Assembly (NCBI GenBank): GCA_042217375.1
Contig: JBDGSV010000059.1
Location: 1-59,901 of the forward strand
Reading direction: 5' to 3'
DNA from: Haloarculaceae archaeon
GTDB taxonomy: Archaea > Halobacteriota > Halobacteria > Halobacteriales > Haloarculaceae
DNA length: 59,901 nucleotides
The position numbers and the translations under genes are program-made. Of the stretch, positions 53,037 through 59,901 are shown in pieces. Each line of letters begins with the position of its first letter. Position 1 is the first letter of the stretch. The notes beneath the pieces were generated by a model, which worked only from the letters and a program-made list of their open reading frames with translations, made no database searches and was not told the origin of the DNA.

Positions 53037-54200
53037 TCAGCCGTCGGGCAGGCGGCCGGTGCGCCAGAGCACCACCAGCACCGCGAGGACGCCGACCAGC
53101 CCGAGCGCGAACGCCCGGAAGACGTCGTCGTAGACCACGCCGCGAGCCACCAGCGCGCCGACCGCCGAACTCCCCGTCGCCTGGACGACCATCATGCTGG
53201 CGCTGTAGGCGGCGTAGGCGCTGGCGCGGTGGTGGTCGGGCAGCGCGCCGAGCAGGTAGGCGTCCATCGCCGGGAACAGCCCGTGGACGACGTACCCGAG
53301 GACGAGGCTGACCGCGAGGAGCGCGGCCAGCCCGGAGACGCTCGTGAGCGCGACCAGGCAGACGACGAACCCGGCGACGATGGCGAGCATCAGCGGCACC
53401 AGCGGGAACCGATCGGCCAGCCGGCCGGTCACCAGGAACGCCGGGACGCCGGCCCCGAACACGACGGTGAGCAGCGTCCGGGCCGTCGCGGCGGTCACGC
53501 CCTTGACCAGCAGGTAGGAGACGTAGAAGTTGAACAGCCCGTTCCAGACGAAACTGACGGCGCCGATGACGGCGACGCCCGTCGCGATCAGCCGCCACTG
53601 GCTCCGCACCGCGGCGAGGAGGTCGCGGTCGCCGGTGCCGGCGTCGGGCATGGTGGCGCCGCGCGTGGCCAGCGCCGTCGCCACCGTGACGAGCGCGGCG
53701 AGGACCGCGATGGCGTGGAAGGCGGTGCGCCAGTCCCCGAGCGCGAGCACCGCGGTCACGGCGAGGGGCGCGCCGACGGCGGCGAGCTGGCTCGCCATCC
53801 CGTGGACGCCGAGCGCGGATCCCACGCGGTCGGGGAACAGCTCGCTCACCAGCGGGTTGGCCGCGATGAAGTACGTCCCGCTGGCGAGCCCCATCAGGAG
53901 CGCGCCGCCGGCCAGCGCCGGCACCGAGGGCGCGCTCGCGGTGGCGAGCGCGGCGACGGTGAGCACGGCCCCCGAGCCGACCACGACGTAGTGGCGCGGG
54001 ACCTTCGTGAGGAGATAGCCCGTGGGGAGCCGGGGGAGCGCACTCCCGAGCCAGGCGGCGGTCGCGACGGGGCCGAGCGCGGCCGCGGTGACGCCGAAGT
54101 CGGCCGCCAGCGGTTCGAGCAGCGGCGCGAACACGATGCGCGCGAGGTTGACGAGAAACACCAGCCCGAGCAGCGATCCGAACAGACGACGGCGCGACAC
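53037..54200 (-). CDS. MFS transporter
   Basis: 387 aa, about 12 TM helices, with loop motifs typical of the major facilitator superfamily. Confidence 0.88.
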   Translation of the reverse strand: MSRRRLFGSLLGLVFLVNLARIVFAPLLEPLAADFGVTAAALGPVATAAWLGSALPRLPTGYLLTKVPRHYVVVGSGAVLTVAALATASAPSVPALAGGALLMGLASGTYFIAANPLVSELFPDRVGSALGVHGMASQLAAVGAPLAVTAVLALGDWRTAFHAIAVLAALVTVATALATRGATMPDAGTGDRDLLAAVRSQWRLIATGVAVIGAVSFVWNGLFNFYVSYLLVKGVTAATARTLLTVVFGAGVPAFLVTGRLADRFPLVPLMLAIVAGFVVCLVALTSVSGLAALLAVSLVLGYVVHGLFPAMDAYLLGALPDHHRASAYAAYSASMMVVQATGSSAVGALVARGVVYDDVFRAFALGLVGVLAVLVVLWRTGRLPDG

Positions 54201-54345
54201 GACCGGGCTTCCGCGGCGGCGGTGTCAAGGCTTGCGAAGTCCCGGCGCCCGACCGGAGGAACGGGCAGCCGAGTGGAACGCAAGCCGCGCCAAGCGTAGC
54301 CAAAGCTGGCGAACTGAGTTAGGCCGCCGGAGAGACGTGTACCCG

Positions 54346-55401
54346 ATGGACACCAACGCCACGTCCCGGAGGCAGGCCCTCGCGCTGTCGGGAGCGGCGC
54401 TGGCGGGCGCGCTCGCCGGCTGTCTCGCGCCGACCGATCGGTCGGCGCCGGCCCAGGCCGACGACGCGACCGACGACGCGAGCGTCTACACCCGGGTCTA
54501 CCGCGAGACGGTCGGCTCCGTCGTCCTCGTCCAGACTGACGACGGTCAGGGGAGCGGGTTCGTCGTCGACGGCCAGCACCTCCTCACGAACTACCACGTC
54601 GTGGCCGGTGCGCAGTCGGTCCAGGTGCGGTTCCGGGAGGGCGAGTGGCGGCCCGGGCGGGCGGTCGGCAGCGACGCCTACAGCGACCTGGCGGTCGTCT
54701 CGGTTCCCGACCGCCCCGAGTACGCGCGTCCGCTCGCGTTCCAGACCGATCCGACGGTCGGGCAGGAGGTGGTCGTCCTCGGGAACCCGTTCGGCCTCGA
54801 CGGGACGCTCACCACGGGCGTCGTCAGCGGCGTCAACCGGGCGATTCCCAGCCCGGCGGGGTACACCATCCCCGACGCGGTCCAGACCGACGCGGCGGTC
54901 AACCCGGGGAACAGCGGCGGACCGATCGTCTCGCTCGCGGGCGACGTGCTGGCGGTCGTCAACTCCGGCGGCGGCGACAACGTCGCGTTCGGCATCTCGG
55001 CGGCGCTCGCCCGGCGGGTCGTGCCCGCGCTGATCGAGTCGGGCACCTACGACCACCCGTACCTGGGCGCCTCGTTCGTCGACGTGACGCCGGCGATCGC
55101 CGCGGCCAACGGACTGGACCCCGCGCAGGGCATCGTGGTCGTCGAGGTCGTCGAGGGCGGGCCGGCCGACGGCGCGCTGCGACCGAGCCAGGGGTCGGCC
55201 GTGGTCGGCGGCCGGCAGCTCCCGGTCGGGGGCGACGTGGTCGTCGCGATCGACGACGAGCGGGTCAAGACGCTCGAAGACCTCTCCAGTCACCTCGCGC
55301 TCCAGACGCGGCCGGGAGACGCGACGACGCTCACGGTGCTCCGCGACGGCGAGCCGCGGTCGGTCGAGGTGCGGCTCGGGACGCGGCCGCGACCGGGCTG
55401 A
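54346..55401 (+). CDS. HtrA/DegP-family serine protease with PDZ domain; Tat signal + lipobox
   Basis: ATG at 54346 (MDTNATSRRQALALSGAALAGALAGC...). Catalytic motifs TNYHVV, DLAVV and GNSGGP, plus a C-terminal PDZ. Confidence 0.9.
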   Translation: MDTNATSRRQALALSGAALAGALAGCLAPTDRSAPAQADDATDDASVYTRVYRETVGSVVLVQTDDGQGSGFVVDGQHLLTNYHVVAGAQSVQVRFREGEWRPGRAVGSDAYSDLAVVSVPDRPEYARPLAFQTDPTVGQEVVVLGNPFGLDGTLTTGVVSGVNRAIPSPAGYTIPDAVQTDAAVNPGNSGGPIVSLAGDVLAVVNSGGGDNVAFGISAALARRVVPALIESGTYDHPYLGASFVDVTPAIAAANGLDPAQGIVVVEVVEGGPADGALRPSQGSAVVGGRQLPVGGDVVVAIDDERVKTLEDLSSHLALQTRPGDATTLTVLRDGEPRSVEVRLGTRPRPG

Positions 55402-56490
55402 CTACTCGAACACCTGGTCGAAGGTGTTCGCGCCGAGCGGCGCGAACGTGCCGGCGCGGACGTCCTCGGCGACGTGGGCGGGCGACCCCATCCCCACCAG
55501 CGCGGCGGTCACGCCGGGCGCCGAGCGCGCGAAGTTGATGGCCTTCTGGGCGCGCGTCTCGCCGGCCACCACGTCCGCGACGGCGTCGGGCATCTCCCGC
55601 GCGAGGTCGCCCTGTGCGACGCTGGCGCTGGTGAAGACGTTCAGGCCGGCGTCGGCCGCGAACCAGAGCGCGCTCTGGCGGCCGTCGACGGCCGGGTGGG
55701 ACTCGACGGTGAACGCGTCGGCCATCGAGACGTTGAACGGGAGCTGGACGGCCCGGAAGTGCGTGCCCGTCGAGCCGGCCGCCTTCGCCGCCGAGCGCGC
55801 CCGGGACGCCACCTCCGGGAGCGAGAGGTAGGCGGGGTGGTCCTCGGGGACGCGGAAGCACTCCCAGGAGGCGACGCCGTAGTGGTCGAGGTCGCCGTCC
55901 TGGGCGCGTTCCTCCAGGCGCACGAAGGTCGCCTCCAGCCGGTCGTAGACCGTCTCGCGGTCGAACTGCTCCAGCTGCGTCTCGGGGTTGTGGACGTAGT
56001 AGCAGTCGATCCGGTCAAGTCCGAGGTTGTCGAGCGAGCGGTCGAGCAGCGCCTCGACGAAGTCCGGCGCGATGCAGTTGCCCCGCACTAGGTCGTCGGG
56101 GTCGACCAGTCCCGGGTCGACGAACTCCTCGCGGACGTACGCGCCGGGGTCGTCGGGGCGGTCGCCGTCGAACGGGACGAATCCGCCCTTGGTCGCGACC
56201 AGGACGGCGTCGCGCTCGACGTCGGCCGCGCGGAGCGCCTCGCCGACGACGCGCTCGGAGCGCTGGCAGCGGTAGTTGACGGCGGTGTCGAGGACGTTCA
56301 CGCCCGACTCCAGGGCCGCGACGAGCGCCTCGCGGTAGCGCTCGTCCACCTCGTCGGTCGGCGCGCCGAGGTACGTCCCGGCGCCGATGCTGGAGACGAC
56401 GCCGTCTCCGAACCGCCGGAAGTAGGTGCGCGCGAACTCCGCGTCCTCGAACCGGTCGCGGTAGTCCCACGTCGCCGCCTTCGTGACCAT
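55402..56490 (-). CDS. Aldo/keto reductase family oxidoreductase
   Basis: 362 aa with LDTAVNYR, LVATKGG and IDCYYVHNP motifs. Confidence 0.88.
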   Translation of the reverse strand: MVTKAATWDYRDRFEDAEFARTYFRRFGDGVVSSIGAGTYLGAPTDEVDERYREALVAALESGVNVLDTAVNYRCQRSERVVGEALRAADVERDAVLVATKGGFVPFDGDRPDDPGAYVREEFVDPGLVDPDDLVRGNCIAPDFVEALLDRSLDNLGLDRIDCYYVHNPETQLEQFDRETVYDRLEATFVRLEERAQDGDLDHYGVASWECFRVPEDHPAYLSLPEVASRARSAAKAAGSTGTHFRAVQLPFNVSMADAFTVESHPAVDGRQSALWFAADAGLNVFTSASVAQGDLAREMPDAVADVVAGETRAQKAINFARSAPGVTAALVGMGSPAHVAEDVRAGTFAPLGANTFDQVFE

Positions 56491-56534
56491 GTGCGGGGTT
56501 GGTGACGGGGCGCCTTATACCGTCGGACCTCGGC

Positions 56535-57692
56535 CTACAGGTCGCCCGCGAGCGCGTCGAACAGTGCCTCCCGGAGTTCGTCGCGCGAGACGCCGTTGCC
56601 GGGGCCGATGCCAGCCATGTGGTCGAGCGAGCACTGGCCGCCGCCCATCCGGGAGTGGCCGCCGGCCTCCGCCATCGGGATGTCGTCGACGACGGACTGG
56701 AGCGTCTTGCCCATGTGGACGCGGTCGTCGCGCGAGCGCCCCGAGAGGTAGAGCGTGCCGTCGTGGTCGCCGAAGACGACGACGGCCGTCGTCCCCTCCA
56801 GCCGGAGGAGTTCGTCGGCGGCCTGGGCGATGGCGTCGACGTTCTCCACCTCGCCGACGTCGCTGATGACGTACGGACCGCGGGTGCGGCGGTGGGTGAC
56901 CGCGCGGGCCTTCACGTCGAGCACGTCGGCGTCGACCTCCGGGTTGGCGATGCGGGCGAGGTCGTCGGAGTCGACCGCCTCGCAGAGGTAGCCGCCGGCG
57001 TCGAAGTCCGGCGGGGTCATCCCCCGCGTCAGGCTCTTGGTGTCCGAGAGGATGCCGTAGAGCAGTCCCGTCGCCAGGTCGTCCGGGAGCGCGGCGTCGG
57101 TCCCGCCGTTGGCGGCCGGCTCGTAGTCGAGGTCGGCGAGGTACTCCGCGAAGATGGTCGCACAGGCGCCGTAGTCGGCGCGGACGTCGGTGAACGCGGT
57201 GCCGTCGCCGCCGCCCGGATGGTGGTCGACGACCGCGACGGGCCGGAGGCCGCCCGCGCCGGCGAACCCCCGCGGCTCGTTGTGGTCGACGAGGACGACC
57301 GCGTCGGCGGCGAGGTCGCTCGCGTCCTCGACGCGCTCGATGTCCACGCCGAGCACGTTGGCGAAGACCCGGTTCTCCTGATGGCGGATCTGGCCGGGAT
57401 GCTGGAGCGTCGCGGTCGTCCCGGCGTCGGTCGCGATGTGCGCCACCGCGAGCGCGCTCGCCATCGCGTCGGGGTCGGGGTTCGGGTGCATCAACACGGC
57501 GACGGCGTCGCGGTCGGCCAGCACGCGCTGGAAGCGAACGGCGGCCGGCCGGCGGAAGCGCCGAACGACGACCCAGCCGACGACCACCAGCGCGACCAGC
57601 ACCAGGGCGGCGACCGCGACGAGGACCGGGCGTCGTGTCACCGTCTCGACGACCCCGGTCTGGAGCGCGATCACCGCCGGAATCCCGGCCAT
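56535..57692 (-). CDS. DHH-family phosphoesterase (NrnA-like) with N-terminal TM anchor
   Basis: DHH motifs (HPNPDPDAMAS, VLVDHN, VVDHH) and DHHA1-like GGGH-type ending (AGGHSRMGGGQ). Start uncertain: ATG at 57692 given; 57749 fits the upstream AT box spacing better, and 57764 is also possible. Confidence 0.85.
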   Translation of the reverse strand: MAGIPAVIALQTGVVETVTRRPVLVAVAALVLVALVVVGWVVVRRFRRPAAVRFQRVLADRDAVAVLMHPNPDPDAMASALAVAHIATDAGTTATLQHPGQIRHQENRVFANVLGVDIERVEDASDLAADAVVLVDHNEPRGFAGAGGLRPVAVVDHHPGGGDGTAFTDVRADYGACATIFAEYLADLDYEPAANGGTDAALPDDLATGLLYGILSDTKSLTRGMTPPDFDAGGYLCEAVDSDDLARIANPEVDADVLDVKARAVTHRRTRGPYVISDVGEVENVDAIAQAADELLRLEGTTAVVVFGDHDGTLYLSGRSRDDRVHMGKTLQSVVDDIPMAEAGGHSRMGGGQCSLDHMAGIGPGNGVSRDELREALFDALAGDL

Positions 57693-57958
57693 ACCGGAAC
57701 CACTGACCACGGGGCGACAAAGTACTTCCCCCGTCGTTCCACGGGTCATCCGCCCAAAATGCACAATTTTTAGTAAAGAAATAAACTCGCAGGGGCAGGC
57801 GGAGGCGACCGGGACGCGCAGGCGCGCCGCGCCCGCCCGGCGCGTCGGTACGGGCGACCCGTCGACGGTCGCGCCCGGCGTCGCGGACCGGCGGGCCGGA
57901 CGGCACAGGCGGCGGTCCCGGCGGCGAGTAGGTCGAGCCGACCGCCCGGCGTGGCGCG

Positions 57959-58846
57959 CTACGCCTGCCGACGGTAGGCGTCGACTGCGTCCCGGTATCC
58001 CTCGCGGTAGGTCGGGTAGGCGAACCCGTAGCCCAGGTCGCGGAGCAGGTCGTTCGAGCAGCGCTTGCTGGTCAGGACGCGCCGCCGGGCGGCCGCGGAG
58101 AGGTCGTCAGCGGCGAGTCGGGCCGCCTTCGTTCGCTTCGGCGGGCGCGGGACGCCGCACTCGTCTGCGAGCCAGTCGGCGAACGTCCACTTGTGGACCG
58201 GTTCGTCGTCGACGACCAGCACGACCGGTTCGGTCGCGTCCCGTTCGAGGAGGAAGCGGACGGCGCCCGCCGCGTCGTCGCGGTGGACCATGTTCAGGTA
58301 GCCCTCGGTTACGGGGCCGGTCAGGTACCGCTCCAGGCGGTAGCGGTCGGGGCCGTACAGGCCAGCGAACCGGGCCACCGTTCCGCGGATGCCGTGGTCG
58401 GGCGCCTCCTCGCGGGCGACGCGTTCGGCCTCGGCGAGGACGCGCGTCTTCTCGGTCGTGGGGTCGAGCGGCGTCGTCTCGTCCACCCAGTCTCCGCCGT
58501 GGTCGCCGTAGACGCCGGTGCTGGAGGTGTAGATCAGCCGCTCTGGCGGACGGGCGCGCGCCGCGAACGTCTCGACTGCGGTCCGGAGCCCCTCGACGAA
58601 CACCGTGCGCGCGGCGTCTGCGCCGCGGCCGCCGGAACTCGCGGCGAACACCAGCGCGTCGACGTCGGGGACGGCAGCCAGCGCGTCCGGGTCGGTCACG
58701 TCTGCCGCGACGGCCGTCGCACCCGTCGCCTCGACGGCGTCGAGCCCGGAGCGGCGGACGCCGACGACCTCGTGGCCGGGGGCGAGCTGTCGCGCCAGTT
58801 CGAGCCCGACGTAGCCACAGCCCAGGATCGCGACCCGCATCGTCAC
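57959..58846 (-). CDS. NAD(P)-dependent epimerase/dehydratase-like SDR family protein
   Basis: 295 aa with Rossmann motif VAILGCGYVG and YGxxK-like region. Confidence 0.85.
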   Translation of the reverse strand: MTMRVAILGCGYVGLELARQLAPGHEVVGVRRSGLDAVEATGATAVAADVTDPDALAAVPDVDALVFAASSGGRGADAARTVFVEGLRTAVETFAARARPPERLIYTSSTGVYGDHGGDWVDETTPLDPTTEKTRVLAEAERVAREEAPDHGIRGTVARFAGLYGPDRYRLERYLTGPVTEGYLNMVHRDDAAGAVRFLLERDATEPVVLVVDDEPVHKWTFADWLADECGVPRPPKRTKAARLAADDLSAAARRRVLTSKRCSNDLLRDLGYGFAYPTYREGYRDAVDAYRRQA

Positions 58847-59271
58847 GGGCTGCCGCGCTGGATGTAGTGGGAGAGCAGGGCGTACTCCGCGAGCGAGATC
58901 GGGAACCGCCCCTCCACTTTCTGCTGTATCTCGCGGGCTTCGAGTTCACCCCCGATGTCGGACGCCAGCGTCTCGACGTCCATCACGGCCGTGGTCATCC
59001 CCATCAGGAGCGCGTCGCGGGCGAGCGCGGCGATGTCCGCGGCCGGTGGGGCCGACTCGTCCAGCGCGAGGATCGCCGCCCCCTCCTCCAGCGTCACCGC
59101 GTCGAGGTCGCCGTCCCGCGCGGCCGCGACCGTCGCCTCGTCGAGGTCCGTCTCCGCGACGGCGGCCTCGACCCCGACCGACTCGACGACGCTCGCGAGC
59201 GCCTCGGCGTAGACCCCCTCGATCTCCTCGGGCGACCGCTCGCCGGGGTCGGGGACTAACTCGTGGAACAT
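58843..59271 (-). CDS. Acidic conserved haloarchaeal protein (DUF5791-like, from memory)
   Basis: ATG at 59271 (MFHELVPDPGERSPEEIEGVYAEAL...). 142 aa, strongly acidic. ATGA overlap with the downstream SDR gene. Confidence 0.7.
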   Translation of the reverse strand: MFHELVPDPGERSPEEIEGVYAEALASVVESVGVEAAVAETDLDEATVAAARDGDLDAVTLEEGAAILALDESAPPAADIAALARDALLMGMTTAVMDVETLASDIGGELEAREIQQKVEGRFPISLAEYALLSHYIQRGSP

Positions 59272-59901
59272 GGGCGGCCGTAGACCGGGCGAGCATAAGT
59301 GGCTTCCCGGTCGCCGTCGGGGTCGGGGCCCGACCGACCGGCCCGGCTGCACGCCCGACCGCGGCGAAGCGTCCGGGCGGGGCGCGCTCCCAGCCCGGCG
59401 AGGTCTCGATCATCTGTCCGTCCGTGTCTCCGACGCCCCGCCCGTTCGGCGGGACGACGACCAGGACGGTCGTCTCGGTCTCGAAGGCGACGCGGTCGGC
59501 CCGCCCGAGCAGTTCGCGCTCCGGGTCGTCGTCGACATCGAGCCGGACGGCCCGGCCGTCGCGGACGTAGGCGAGGCGCGCACCGGGCGGGCCGCGGCGC
59601 GTGCGCACCGCGAACTGCTCGTAGCGCCCGCGGACGGTGACGTGCCAGACGTTGACCGTCGCGTACCAGTACCCCGGCACCGGAGCGACGGGGAGCCCCG
59701 ACGGGATCGCGCCGAGCGTCTCGCCCAGCCGGTCCCGGGTCGCCTCGCCGGCGCGCTCTGCCTCCCGGGCGACGTGCTCGTGGAGCGCCGCGACGGCCGC
59801 GGCGCGGGTCGCGTTCGCCGCCCGCTCGACCGGACGCTGGGGCGGCCGGACCTGGCGGCGGGCGCGACCGAGTGCCGTCCGCAGCCGGGCGGCGAGCCGG
59901 G
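58946..59901 (-). CDS. C-terminal part of a conserved hypothetical protein entering from the right edge (DUF7286-like, from memory); 3' tail overlaps the next gene
   Basis: The frame is open from the window edge. My hand translation reads ...AVAALHEHVAREAEQRAGEATRDRLGETLGAIPSGLPVAPVPGYWYATVNVWHVTVRGRYEQFAV...VVVPPNGRGVGDTDGQMIETSPGW. After about 59380 the composition becomes Arg/Gly-rich, and the frame only stops at 58946, inside the 58843..59271 gene. Confidence 0.45.
   Translation of the reverse strand, partial: RLAARLRTALGRARRQVRPPQRPVERAANATRAAAVAALHEHVAREAERAGEATRDRLGETLGAIPSGLPVAPVPGYWYATVNVWHVTVRGRYEQFAVRTRRGPPGARLAYVRDGRAVRLDVDDDPERELLGRADRVAFETETTVLVVVPPNGRGVGDTDGQMIETSPGWERAPPGRFAAVGRAAGPVGRAPTPTATGKPLMLARSTAAHVPRVSPRPRRAVARGDRGGLRRGARERRRVGRGRGRRRGDGPRRGDGRGRAGRRPRRGDAGGGGGDPRAGRVGPTGRGHRRARPRRAPDGDDHGRDGRRDAGVRHRG

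Overview
Very GC-rich, gene-dense segment with about 60 CDS on both strands. It looks like core chromosome of a haloarchaeon (class Halobacteria). Supporting signs are acidic predicted proteins, archaeal replication genes (DnaG, PriL), a Rio2 kinase, Tat/lipobox substrate-binding proteins and a PGF-CTERM-like anchor. Many genes also have an AT-rich box about 26 nt upstream of the start codon, consistent with leaderless transcripts. Because of the GC content, all six frames carry long Arg/Pro/Gly/Ala-rich ORFs. I called genes by composition plus recognisable family motifs and re-derived several start codons by hand.

Gene content:
- Amino-acid metabolism: thrC, serB, and a metY-metX operon plus a second metY copy.
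- Nucleoside and cofactor metabolism: deoC, a PfkB kinase next to a nucleoside phosphorylase, pdxS, and a NAD kinase/IMPase fusion.
- Transport: two tandem Liv-type ABC operons.
- Other: an ApbE/ferric-reductase-domain cluster, several wHTH regulators, and a 1,627-aa repeat-rich surface protein.

I recognised no rRNA, tRNA, CRISPR array, transposase or integrase by eye, and no obvious defence island.

Most noteworthy observations:
- The giant surface protein has an uncharacterised 23-residue Q/A/G repeat array.
- A 342-bp tract is perfectly identical between the two metY paralogs, consistent with gene conversion.
- A 30-nt inverted repeat flanks rio2 and looks like a duplicated core promoter.
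- The ApbE cluster lacks a visible flavinylation target.
- A Csa3/CARF-like wHTH regulator sits away from any CRISPR locus.
- A receiver domain lacks its phospho-acceptor Asp.

All family assignments are from motif recognition and memory; no searches were run.
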